From: Saccostrea cucullata
Lineage: Eukaryota
DNA length: 64,000 bases
Assembly (NCBI RefSeq): GCF_032062105.1
Contig: NW_026931372.1
Coordinates: forward strand, 310,001-374,000
Direction of reading: 5' to 3'
Under the pieces are notes generated by a model. The model made no database searches. It saw nothing but the letters and a program-made list of their open reading frames with translations, and was not told where the DNA came from. Below, piece after piece: positions 34,766 to 46,702 of this stretch; positions within the stretch are counted from its first letter, which is position 1, and each line of letters begins with the position of its first letter. The position numbers and the translations under genes were made by a program.

Positions 34766-36005
34766 TATTTCTGTTTCTATTGACTAACCGTAGATTTATA
34801 GCGACGTAGTAATGCACTGCATTGGATTCATTATAACCAGTAGTAAGCCATAAATCAGAAATATTTGTTCTGTTTGACACAGAAATAAGTATTTTAGTCC
34901 TTTTGCACATTATATACGGAAACAAAATAATAGGTGCTATGTAGTTGTTACTTTTTATTTTCCAAATTTTTTTGTTTTGATAAAGGTTGTAATTTGAAGT
35001 ATTTAGTACAAGGAATGCCTCTTAATTACTTTTCTAATCAGTACTTGAAAAAGGTTGTTGCATTTACTGATTTGTTATATAATTTTCTGACAATTATTTT
35101 GAATTTATACTAATTTTATGTTTCAAACATACACAGTTTACAGTTTACCTTTAATCCACTAATATTTGTTTAATGAGAAATAACCTTTGCTGGTATGAAT
35201 TTTAATTTTTGAGTGATCCTGTTTGTTAAATGCATGAAAATAAGACATTTTCCATGGACACCATTATTATTGTCTTGTCAGTTTCAGAGTGCTAAAAATT
35301 CTCAGTACAGAATACCATTAAACCTGAAAAAGTGTGGTGAAGGGTAATGAAAAGTTTTCAGGACCAGTTTAATTAATCATTAAATAAACAATCCCGTCTT
35401 CCATGAATTTTGTCTTGTCATTCATTACTTTAATACTAAGCAGTGAAATGAATGAATCAACTGAAGCACTTCTGGCAAGTCAACGCAATTTGAAGCTCCA
35501 ATATTCAGATGAATGCAGTTGTACAATATTTATTGGAACTTCTACAGTTAAACATATATAGCATTGTAGAAAATTGCAGCAGCATTATAAAACTCGCACA
35601 TAAGACAATTAAGATGAAGTCTATATGACTGTAGACAAGATAGAAGGCATCTGGTAGTTGTGCTGGAATAAGTTATATGTTGACCGTACTACTGTTGGGT
35701 CGAGTGCATTTGTTTAATTTATATTTACTTAAAATAAAACTTAAAATCTGCCCTTTAACAGTTCAAACTGAACAAGGATTCGTCAAATGAATTCATTCCA
35801 TAATAACGAGTGTTGACCAGGGTATCATTTGTTTTTCAACTTTGAGATTGGTTGTTGGTGACTGCGATTTTATTTTTTATTATCGACAGACGACCACGGG
35901 GGAATCTATGAAATATTTATTGTTGTGTTACATGTGTTAGAAAGGGCACCTGGAGGAAAAGGAAGCTGATTTATCCCACCTCGGATTTTTAGGAAAGGAG
36001 ATAAA

Positions 36006-36205
36006 GTAACACTGTTGTGTGTAAGGGTGTGTGTGTGCTAGTTTGTAACACTGTTGTGTGTAAGGGTGTGTGTGTGTGCTAGTTTGTAACACTGTTGTGT
36101 GTAAGGGTGTGTGTGTGTGCTAGTTTGTAACACTGTTGTGTGTAAGGGTGTGTGTGTGTGCTAGTTTGTAACACTGTTGTGTGTAAGGGTGTGTGCTAGT
36201 TTGTC
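36006..36205 (+). repeat. Minisatellite, ~39-41-bp unit with variable (GT)n, ~5 copies
   Basis: Unit gtaacactgttgtgtgtaagg(gt)n gctagttt. A longer partial duplication follows at ~36298-36376. Confidence 0.9.
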
Positions 36206-39200
36206 CTTGTGCAAAACTGAAGTGTTATGATTTGCATCAGGATCAATGTCGAATGCTTTCTTGATTTTTAGACATGAACTTTGCGAGGGTATTTTCCTGT
36301 TGTGTGTAAGGGTGTGTGTGTGTGCTAGTTTGTCTTTGTGCAAAACGGAAGTGTTATGATTTGCATCAGGCTCAATAATAATTTTATCTTAAACATTGAT
36401 CTTTATATCTAGTGGAAAACAGTCTACCACTATACGTGCACTACGAACATGAACATTAAACTGCCTTTCCTTGCAAATTAATTATTTACATCATTAAAAA
36501 AGAAGACTACAATACAAATAAACTGTCAATAAATGCGTCCCAATCTGTTACTAATTGATACTAAGAAGCGCAATCAATAGCATCGATCATGTTGATATAG
36601 TTTTCTGTATGATGCACCGTGACTATAGGTTGATGATGGAAAGACTTGTTTGTAGTTACATTGTCTGAAATAAGGAAACGTGGGTGAAGGATATTACATG
36701 TAGTTAATAAGGATAAAGGATATCAATTGTGGAAATCGTAAGTAAATAAATTTTTATGTAAAACTTTCAATTAAATTATTTAATTCCCATATGAGTTGTT
36801 ACTTACTCATTATTAGACATTAACATCCTCTCTAGATGTGAGTTTTAAGCACACGTACATAATGAAAATATAACTACATTGCGTAACATAATCAAACTTT
36901 TTTTTAAATAAAAAACGTCACTAAGTCCGAGGGATCTTGACTCAACTGTACTTGTATGTGTATTGCCTGTCCCAAATTAAATTTTTAGTATATACAACAG
37001 ATGTAAACTGTCAGTATGACTATATTCCATACCTCAGATATTTATATTATATGATGTCAAGATTGTATATTAGTTTCTGACCGCAGAACAATTATAGGCA
37101 AAGAAGCAATAGAACAAGACTGTACTGGGATAAGGTATGTGGGCAAGTAGAAAAAATGACTGTTTTTACGTAGATTACTGGAATTCAGAAAAATTCATTG
37201 AAGATTGAGGCTTATGATCAAATTGGGAAAAAAGGACCAGTAAGCATATGATAGTAGGCAAAAACATTAATTAACATATAAACAATGTTAACTTTTGCAC
37301 GTGCGGTTTTGAGAGCATCTGCATGGATTGTGTATATTGTCATGGTTACAGAAGGATAAGCACTTCATTCAGCTTCTAAGAATAGATTTTTCTCATACTT
37401 TGTAAGACTACTGTATAGGTGCACTTAGTATCCATATAGATATTTACATGAAATATATCTGCCTTGTAAGATCTTGGAAATAGACTAGTTTTGTATAAAG
37501 GTGCACTATAGCATACATGAAATATACCTGCCTTGTAAGATCTATGGAAATTTAGATTTACACAACAATTACATAAACAAAGTAACCCAACCCCCCCCCC
37601 CCCAAAAAAAAATCCTAAAGCAACATCAAATGAGGTGGCACAACAATATGTACACTGAGGGTAAGCTCAATATGTCACCAGCACCAATATGTATTTCAGG
37701 CTGCTGGACAATATGCGTTGATAGACGACAGTATGTGCAGTGAGGATAGGTATATGTACCTACGAGGGCTGTTCAATAAATAATGTCCTGGATGCTCGGA
37801 AAGAAGCAAAAGACGCTTTTCAATGCTTTAGTCTTTATGATTTAACTTATTAATCTCTTTTAATTCAAACACAAGTCCGTAACATTGTTTATCCAATTTC
37901 TAGGCGAGCTGGAAAATGAAATGAATGGTATTATATGAGGTCGAATATTGTTAATGTGTCCTATAATATATAAGCTTATAAAACACAACCGATTTTTTTG
38001 TAAAAAACTTATCAAATTGGCTGAATACAAATTTGAACAACAATACCACTAATATTTAAGAAAATTGCATATAAATCTGTCTTTGTGCTCTTGCAATTCT
38101 TTGCTCTTGTCAGACCTTCGCTGTTTTTATCAAGTACATCTTATGGTTAATTTTGTTTTGAGTGTTTTAAGCAATAGGTTCAACTTCCATTATCTTTTTT
38201 TAAGCAATAGATTCAACTTCCATTATTTGTTTGAATATTAAACAAACGTGGATAACCACAAACACAGTCAGTTAGCTTTTTTTTTAACCGTCAAACCTTA
38301 AAAACAGTGCCGAAATAATGTCTATTAAATTTGCTATGTGTCTTAAAGTCAATGATACATACGGATTTCCATTTCACACCCTGTATGAATCCGTATTTAG
38401 GTCACTAACTGACTGTGTACCATTCATTTATAATAATACCCTTGTTTTGCTTATCACAATGAAACTGAAAAGACATATGTAAACTAATAATACTTAATGT
38501 CAAATGATATCTTTATGATAGAAGAAGAGTACAGGTCAGGTAGTCATCCTGTGGGATGTACAGTCCTTCGGTACTGTATAAACTGAGTCCCCGTGTCGCA
38601 GTAGGGTAAAAATGTGTGTACGAAAATATATGTAAACGGCAAGCGGATATGAGTGAAAAAGAAAGACAAAATTTCAAAACTTACACACATGTGTTAGAAC
38701 ATATATAAATTGATGCATGTATCCAAATACATTAAGCCCTTTACCCTTATGTATAAGAGAGAAAGACAAAAATTACTTACATACATACATACACAGTTGT
38801 TTGTTATATGATATGTAATATCCTCTTATAGTTATAGTACGAGACCTATACGCAGTATATTTTCTGGTTAAGTGAAATTTTGACCCTTGTCTGCAGGTAT
38901 GCCATTTCTATCTATAAAATGCAAAAATGGTTTTCTGGAGGAAAGAAGAAAAGACGGAAAAAAAGCAGCTTGTATCACATAGAGGGAAATCAAAGGTAAA
39001 TAAAAGTTCTTTGATAACAGCACAAGTCATCTTGTTTTGAATTTCAAGATATTTTTTAAAATGATAAATATGGCATGCTTATAATACTATAGTATTATTC
39101 TGAAGATGTCCTTTTTTGTCTGAAGAAAATATTTTACACAATAGATTAGATTATAAGAAAAACGCTATGTGAAATATTTAAGGTAAACGTCAATGAATTA

Positions 39201-40494
39201 CTATGTAATAATAATTTTAGTGATCTTGCCAACACTGTCAAACCCCATCAAAGTCCTTTTATTCCGATTCTTAGGTTGGTAACACTGATATCTCGGGTCC
39301 TGGTACTCCTATTATCCATTACGCGTACTCTAAGTTTGGCCAACGGGTTCAGGACCTGGCCATTTCTCTACAGTGTACGTGTCTGTTATCTTTGTAGCTG
39401 TTCTGGTCTATTCCGGGGATTCCCACTTAATATGACCAATCATAGTGCGACATTGCATTTGAAGAGCAAACTTTCCACATATGCTGGATCTGACCTTTAC
39501 ACATTCTTGATGAACGACCGGCATAAAGTTTTAGAGTAGCTAGGTCCATTCCTAAGTAACTTAAAAGAACTATTTGAACCATAGCTTGCATGGATGTGGC
39601 ATAACACCATATGATTAATTTTAATGTGGGACTTTGGACACTTTGCAATTCTAGAAGACAATATTCGTGATATCTATATTTATATAAAATCACTGATTAA
39701 CAAGGTGTACCTAATCAATTAATACACAAGGCTAATTACGGCGAGGTTGTCCGGCCAGCGGAGGATGTTTCTTCCTCTATAGGCACCTGATCATCTCTTC
39801 ATGTTTTGCCCTAGTTCTGGATTCGTTTTTCTTTACTTGTTCTGTAAGACTAATCATTGTTCTTTATCTTCACATTTTACACTACACTACTGTATATATG
39901 CAGGGTTATTTTCGCCCCGTGCAATTTACGCCCTTTCACTCCTGCAAACAGTTTTGTCTCGTTTTAAAGTCGTCCAGTCACAGTTCTGTTTTTAAGACAT
40001 TTTACTATTTTCTTTGAATTCGCCATGTCTTACATTTGCCCACTTGCGTCAATGGCGAAAGTACGGAGGCGAGAATTTCCCTGTATACAGTGTATATAAA
40101 CCAACATTTATTCGCGTGCGAGAAATTTGCGTGAGAGCTTCGTCACCGCGAATGTTTCTCGCCGCGAACCGGTCCTCACAGATTCTGTGTCTATCAACAA
40201 CAGATCCGAAAAGGCTTGATCGCGAAAATTAATCGAATTAGTCCCGGTAAATCGCGAAATAAAATCGCCGCGACTAAAAGTTAGTTTAAGGTATGTTTCA
40301 TTTATAAATAGGCAGAGCAAAAAGTCTGTCCTACTCTACCAATACCGACATCTTAAGCATTATGACTACCTTGGCTTTCAGACTATGAGTTTGATAAATG
40401 AATCGTTTTCTCATACACATTCTGCTTGGAAACAATCCCTCTAGTTAAAGATTTGTATTGACACAGTAGCAAATTCAAAGTTTACGGATTTAAT

Positions 40495-40940
40495 ATCAAG
40501 AAAGGAATCCTTCATTATTTTTATTTTGTGGTATTCGCCGTCAATAACTTAATGACATACCCCAAGATTGGAATCGATGGAAGTTACTCTTTTAGAACCA
40601 ACTTACAACTAAACTACATGTATATGACAAGCGAGATGATATTTCAGCTTTTCCATTATCAAATTTATTAATGAAGTAAAAATTCGCATTCACCTGTTTA
40701 TGGCTTTTATGTCTCCCAACCTAATCGATATTCTAGATAATGCTCGATCTGAGTATATACAATTAAACTGATGTTGCCTATTGACAACTTAGTTGATGAT
40801 ACATGGATTTCAAGTCAGCATTTCGGAAATTCTATGGTCTTTATAATATTCTTGTAAGTATTTTGAGTCAAATAGCTCATATCAGATGTACCGGTCGACA
40901 GGGGGTGCTTTCATCCCCTGGGCACCTGATCCCACCATTA
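40495..40940 (+). mobile_element. Decayed Penelope-like retroelement fragment (RT C-terminal region plus 3' sequence)
   Basis: Frameshifted remnants YDKRDD / FSFSI / SPVYGFYVSQ / FKSAFRKFYG, followed by caggggg..cccctgggcacctgatcccacc. The latter motif also appears at ~29858-29890 and ~39762-39792. Confidence 0.6.
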
Positions 40941-41096
40941 AAATTTCAGGAGCCCTGCTGCGCATGCAGATTTTTATTTTCTTTTTCCTTTTTTTTCGGG
41001 GGGGGGGGGGTCGATTTTTTTTTTTTTGACTATTTATTACTAAATATTTCATTAAAATGATTTAATTTCCAAATTTTTCAAGCCTTCATGCATGTA

Positions 41097-42086
41097 CAAT
41101 GAAGCGCACTGAAGTGGTAAAAATTTTCCGTTTGGACGAAACGTTCTGAGTCATGTTTTGAACGTCAATTAAAACATAATGACACGCCCATATTTTTAGA
41201 AACGAGAAAGAAATATTCGTCGTAATGTTTTAGGACACCCCAATCTTCGCGACAAGCAATATGAGTTACACTGAAATGGAGCTTGAAAAAAATAAGAAGA
41301 GAGAGTTAAAGACTCCCCGCTTCTGTAAAACATACAATGAAGCGCATTGAAGTGGTAAAATTTTTCGTTTGAATGAAACGTTCTGAGTCATATTTTGAAC
41401 GCCAATTATAACATAATGACACGCCCATTTCGTTAGAAACGAAACGTCGTAGTGTTGATAACACTCCACTCTTCGTGACAAGCAACATGGATTACACCAA
41501 AATGGAGACTTCTAAAGATATGAGAAAGAGAGAGTTAGAGAGTTCCCGCTTCTGTAAAAAAATATACTGCAACGGTTTTGTCCAAAATTATGAATTTATC
41601 ATGTTTATTGGAGTTGCCATAGCACATGTATCGGTCGAACACGTGCTTATTCGGTGTTTATGCAGACCGTCAATTTGATTGGCTACTATATTTATGGAAT
41701 ACCTGTTCTACAGGTATTCGAATGATCAATTTGACCGATGTTTTCTTTTCTAAGGATATGGGCGTGTCATTGTATGACAATCAGCGTTCTAAAGATAGCT
41801 CAAAACGTTCCAGGAAAAAATTTACCACTTCAATGCGGTAAATTGGAATATGTACATATCTTTGAACTTATCATGTCTATTGAAGTTACGACAACACATG
41901 TTTTTACTCGGCGTTTATTTAGACCGTCAATTTGATTGGCTATTATATTTATGGAAAATTCTACAGGTATTGGAATAAAAATGACCGTTTAATCCATTTC
42001 TAAAGAAATGGGCGTGTCATAAGATGACAATAAACGTTCTTTTTCCATTCGAACGGAAAATTTTACCACTTCAATGCGCTTCATTG
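41097..42086. mobile_element. TA-flanked non-autonomous TIR element with duplicated terminal blocks
   Basis: TA|CAATGAAGCGCA(c/t)TGAAGTGGTAAAA...TTTTACCACTTCAATGCGCTTCATTG|TA. A second left end starts at 41335 and a second, truncated right end lies at ~41820-41837. Confidence 0.8.
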
Positions 42087-42636
42087 TAAATGACAGTTAA
42101 TGTAGGAGAGAACAAAATTGATGAGAAGGTCATTCACTGATTTAATTCTTTTTCACACAGTTGTATCAAAATTAGACGTATCTTTGTTCGATGGAAACCT
42201 AAAAACTTGACGGCAATCCGCCCCCTTTATCTTCCCATTCATCTTCGTTACCATGCACAAAGTTAGGAAACAGTATGATACACTTCGAAAAGAATTTCAA
42301 TAAAACCTATCTACCTATTTTTTTGTTGTCACGACCTGTTTGCTTCTGCCCCTCAACAAAACCCTGCAATATACTACATGCACAAGCTTTGTGGTTTTAA
42401 AGGCATCAAAAAACATTAATGGGAACAAAAGTTAAAAACAGGTTTTACAATTTTGAACAACCTCTTCCTCAAGATTATCAAAATTATGAGTTGGATTAAG
42501 CATATTCCCAATTTTTATCATTTCACTTTAGTTTTCTTAATGAGTAAAAGAAGTTAAGAGATTAAAAAAGATCTTTATCTGTACACTAATCAATAATTTC
42601 ATCCTCGCACCAATCAGTAGAATACCATAACTATTT

Positions 42637-42708
42637 TTAGCTCACCTGAGCCGAAGGCTCTAGTGAGCTTTTCTGATCACATTTTGTCCGTCGTCCGTCC
42701 GTCTGTCC

Positions 42709-42745
<37 letters not shown>

Positions 42746-44276
42746 TCATATTTTCGACTTCTTCTCAAGAACCACTGGACCAATTTTGACCAAACTTGGT
42801 ACAAAGCATCCTTGGGTGAAGGGGAATTTAAATTGTTAAAATAAAGGGCCAAGTCCTCTCACAAGGGGAGATAATCAAGAAAAGACAAAAATAGGGTGGG
42901 GTCATTAAAAAATCTTCTTCTCAAGAACCATTGGGTCAGAAAAGCTGAAGCTTATGTGGAAGCATCCTAGGGTAGTGTAGATTCTAAATTGTTAAAATCA
43001 TGACCCCCGGGGTAGGGCGGGGCCACAATAGGGAATCAAAGTTTTACATAGAATTATATAGGGAAAATCTTTGAAAATCTTCTTCTCAAGAACCCTGGGC
43101 CAGAAAAGCTGAAACTTACGTGGAAGCATCCTGGTATAGTGTATATTCTAAATTGTTAAAATCATGACCCCCTGGGGAAGGGCGGGCCCACAATGGGGAA
43201 TCAAAGTTTTACATAGAAATATAGGAAAAATCTTTGAAAATCTTCTTCTCAAGAACCACTGGACCAGAAAAGCTGAAACTTATGTGGAAGCATCCTGGTA
43301 TAGTGTAGATTCTAAATTGTTAAAATCATGACCCCCGGGGGAAGGGCGGGCCCACAATGGGGAATCAAAGTTTTACATAGAAATATATAGGAAAAATCTT
43401 TGAAAATCTTCTTCTCAAGAACCACTGGGCCAGAAATGCTGAAACTTATGTGGAAGCATCCTGGTATAGTGTAGATTCTAATTTGTTAAAATCATGACCC
43501 CCGGGGGAAGGGCGGGGCCACAATGGGGAATCAAAGTTTTACATAGAAATATATAGGAAAAATCTTTGAAAATCTTCTTCTCAAGAACCACTAGACCAGA
43601 AAAGCTGAAACTTATGTGGAAGCATCCTGGTATAGTGTATATTCTAAATTGTTAAAATCATGACCCCCGGGGGAAGGGTGGGGCCACAATGGGGAATCAA
43701 AGTTTTACATAGAAATATATAGGAAAAATCTTTGAAAATCTTCTTCTCAAGACCCACTAGACCAGAAAAGCTGAAACTTACGTGGAAGCATCCTGGTAAA
43801 GTGTATATTCTAAATTGTTAAAATCATGACCCCCGGGGGAAGGCCGGGCCCACAATGGGGAATCAAAGTTTTACATAGAAATATATAGGAAAAATCTTTG
43901 AAAATCTTCTTCTCAAGAACCACTGGACCAGAAAAGCTGAAACTTATGTGGAAGCATCCTGGTATAGTGTATATTCTAAATTATTAAAATCATGACCCCC
44001 GGGGGAAGGCCGGGCCCACAATGGGGAATCAAAGTTTTACATCGAAATATGTAGGGAAAATCTTTGAAAATCTTCTTCTCAAGAGCCACTTGGCAAGAAA
44101 AGCTGAAACTTATGTGCACATGGAAGGATCCTTTGGTAGTGTAGATTTCAAAATGTCTTAATTATGATCAGTTGGGTAGAGTGGGGATGCATTATGTATT
44201 ACAAGGGGGAAGTCTGGTAAAAAGCAGAATGGTCAAAGCTTCTCAGGTGAGCGATGTGGCCCATGGGCCCCTTGTT
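42637..44276 (+). mobile_element. Helentron non-autonomous element (HINE) carrying a ~166-bp satellite-like tandem array
   Basis: 5' ttAGCTCACCTGAG..GTGAGCT (subTIR plus IR), then a (GTCC/GTCT)n microsatellite at 42686-42737. About 7.5 units follow, starting aatcttcttctcaag at 42911, 43076, 43239, 43405, 43571, 43737, 43903 and 44069. The 3' end is CAGGTGAGC plus the stem-loop GGCCCATGGGCC, in a T-run target. Confidence 0.92.
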
Positions 44277-46702
44277 TTTTTTTTATCGTCGGCTGACCTG
44301 GAAAACTTCATCATTGTTTAAAGTTTGATATATTAATTGAAAAGTTGCTCTTGATAACATCTCAGTAAACCTGAATTTTAATTGGCCAGTTGACCTTGCT
44401 AACTTAGTGTATACCTGAATTTTGATTGGTCAGTTGACCCTGATAACTCGGTGGATACCTGTGTTCTGATTGGTCAGTCATCACTGATACAGAGGTCAGC
44501 CTATTACTTCCTGGTGCAAGAATTTCAGGTTTATACTTAGCTTTTGTAAGACCGGTCCCAAAAATTTATATACAGACAACCGGGGGAGAGAGAAAATACT
44601 TCCGTTGCTGGAGTGTTTATCGGGGTCCTTTTTCTGAGATATCTCACCCCGACTCTCGTTTACACTGGCTGACCCAGTTACGAGTCTTTAAACCGTTTGG
44701 GTCCCTGAAACCGACCCGTCGTGTTCCATTTGATTGACATGTTTCGTGGATTAATTCCATGTAAGAGACGTCCTGTATATGTTTTAAAATGTACCACATT
44801 ACATAATTTTTGTTGGTTTGCTTTGACAGGAAAAAAACTCGGTAGTCAAAATTGTTGCGTACCTGCTGGTTGATACAAACTGTGTTTTGAAATTCAAATT
44901 GAGTTTAATTGTTAAAGAACACTCAACAAATAGGAATTTCAGATTTCGTAAAAACCTTTGATGTTGACAATACACTCAGACTGAGAAGATGTGATAATTA
45001 AGCAAAATAGCTGTCCTTCAAATTGGAAAACATTTCAATATTTTTTTTTAATAAAATATGTGGTAAAAATCTATAATGAGAGCATTTACACATACAAATG
45101 TACCTGTATTCTTTGCACATTGATATATAATTTCTTCTCTGGAAATTATTGTGTTCGTTTGTTTGTTTCCATGTCTGTTGTCTTTTATTTTATTTGACTT
45201 TGTTTATGTACCGAGATTAAAAACAAAAAACAAAAACAAAACAAAGAAAAATCCGGGTCTGTCTAGCTGGATTTCTGTCTGTCTGTTACACTGTACACTT
45301 TCTTTTCTGTGCGATATCACCAGTGCATTAGAGCTTTTCATTTACATTTTATACCACAACTCACTATGACCTATAAAAGACCTCAAAAGTCAAAAACAAA
45401 TCCATATATAATCATGATTCTGTTTCTGTGTGATAACTTCATTTTCAAATGATTTCTTCAGAGGTCTTTCATAAGCAATTTTACACCAGATTCCCACAGC
45501 CAAAAAAAAATCCTTTTGCATGATAAGTTTAAAATTTGTGTGTAAAACTTTCGTTTGCGAGCAAAATCTTACAAGTTGTACATGTACTTTTTTTTATATT
45601 AAATTAAAGTACTTTTTTTTAGTCTTAGGGTATAACTGACATGATGTTTTGTCTCCAAATTACGTCCATGAAACACGTCATTTTAATCATTGATGACATT
45701 TGTGCAGTGAGTACCATGCAGTTTTAATATTGACATATTAGTCACAAAATTGCACTTAAAAAGCATCGAGATAACGAAAAACTCAGTGACGAAACCGATA
45801 CAGACGATCAACCAAAGTACAAATCTACAACACGCCACACTTCCTTCACGAAACGTACATGTAACATGTTCACACCTTTATAATTTTTATTAATTATTTT
45901 GTTATCCTTATCTATATTTAGTAATTTTCAGGTAATATCCATGCATCATTGATGGAGGAAGTATCATATTCATGAATGAAAGTGAAAAGGGTCCATCTCG
46001 AAGTTAAGCGTTGTTCCATTTGCATTTACTGTTAAAAAGATAAAATTCTCTTACTCTGAGATATGAATAAAATTCAACTCTGAAATTCTGAAATATAAAA
46101 CCATAAATTCAGTTATGAAAATATTTAAGTTTCATACGCAAAAACATTAAAACAACTTTTTAAGGAGGAAAAATAATTAGAATTAGATAATTAGATTAAG
46201 GTGAAACAAAAGATTAAAAGTAAGTTAGAAAATTAAATCTAAAGCAAACAGTTAATTCGGTAAAGTAAATTTTACATTGCGGCTGATCTAGTAAACTTAT
46301 AGATAACGGGTATCACATTTGGGTATATAAGTAAACCCGTCACAGATAAAAGACCCGTTTTCTTATGAGATGACCCCATTCGACTCGGCATCAGGGGGAT
46401 TGTTTCTGGGCTTAATTTCATCTCCTGATATAGGCATTTTTTGTAGGAGTTCTTCGGATATTATTATCGATCTTTTCCGATTCCTGCTCTTTTTTAAAGC
46501 CACCAAGTTTTGACAGGAAGAACTAAAATTCTTGACAGTGCCGCCGAGTTAATGGATTAAGGAAGACTTCTAATAATTTGGGATCCAAAAAGTTTGGGTT
46601 TTCTAGTTGTGTTTTTATTGTTTTTATTTCTGCATATTTTTTTTTTTACGAACAAAAACAAAAACATACAACGAAATCAATTTCTTTCAGACTAAAACAA
46701 AA

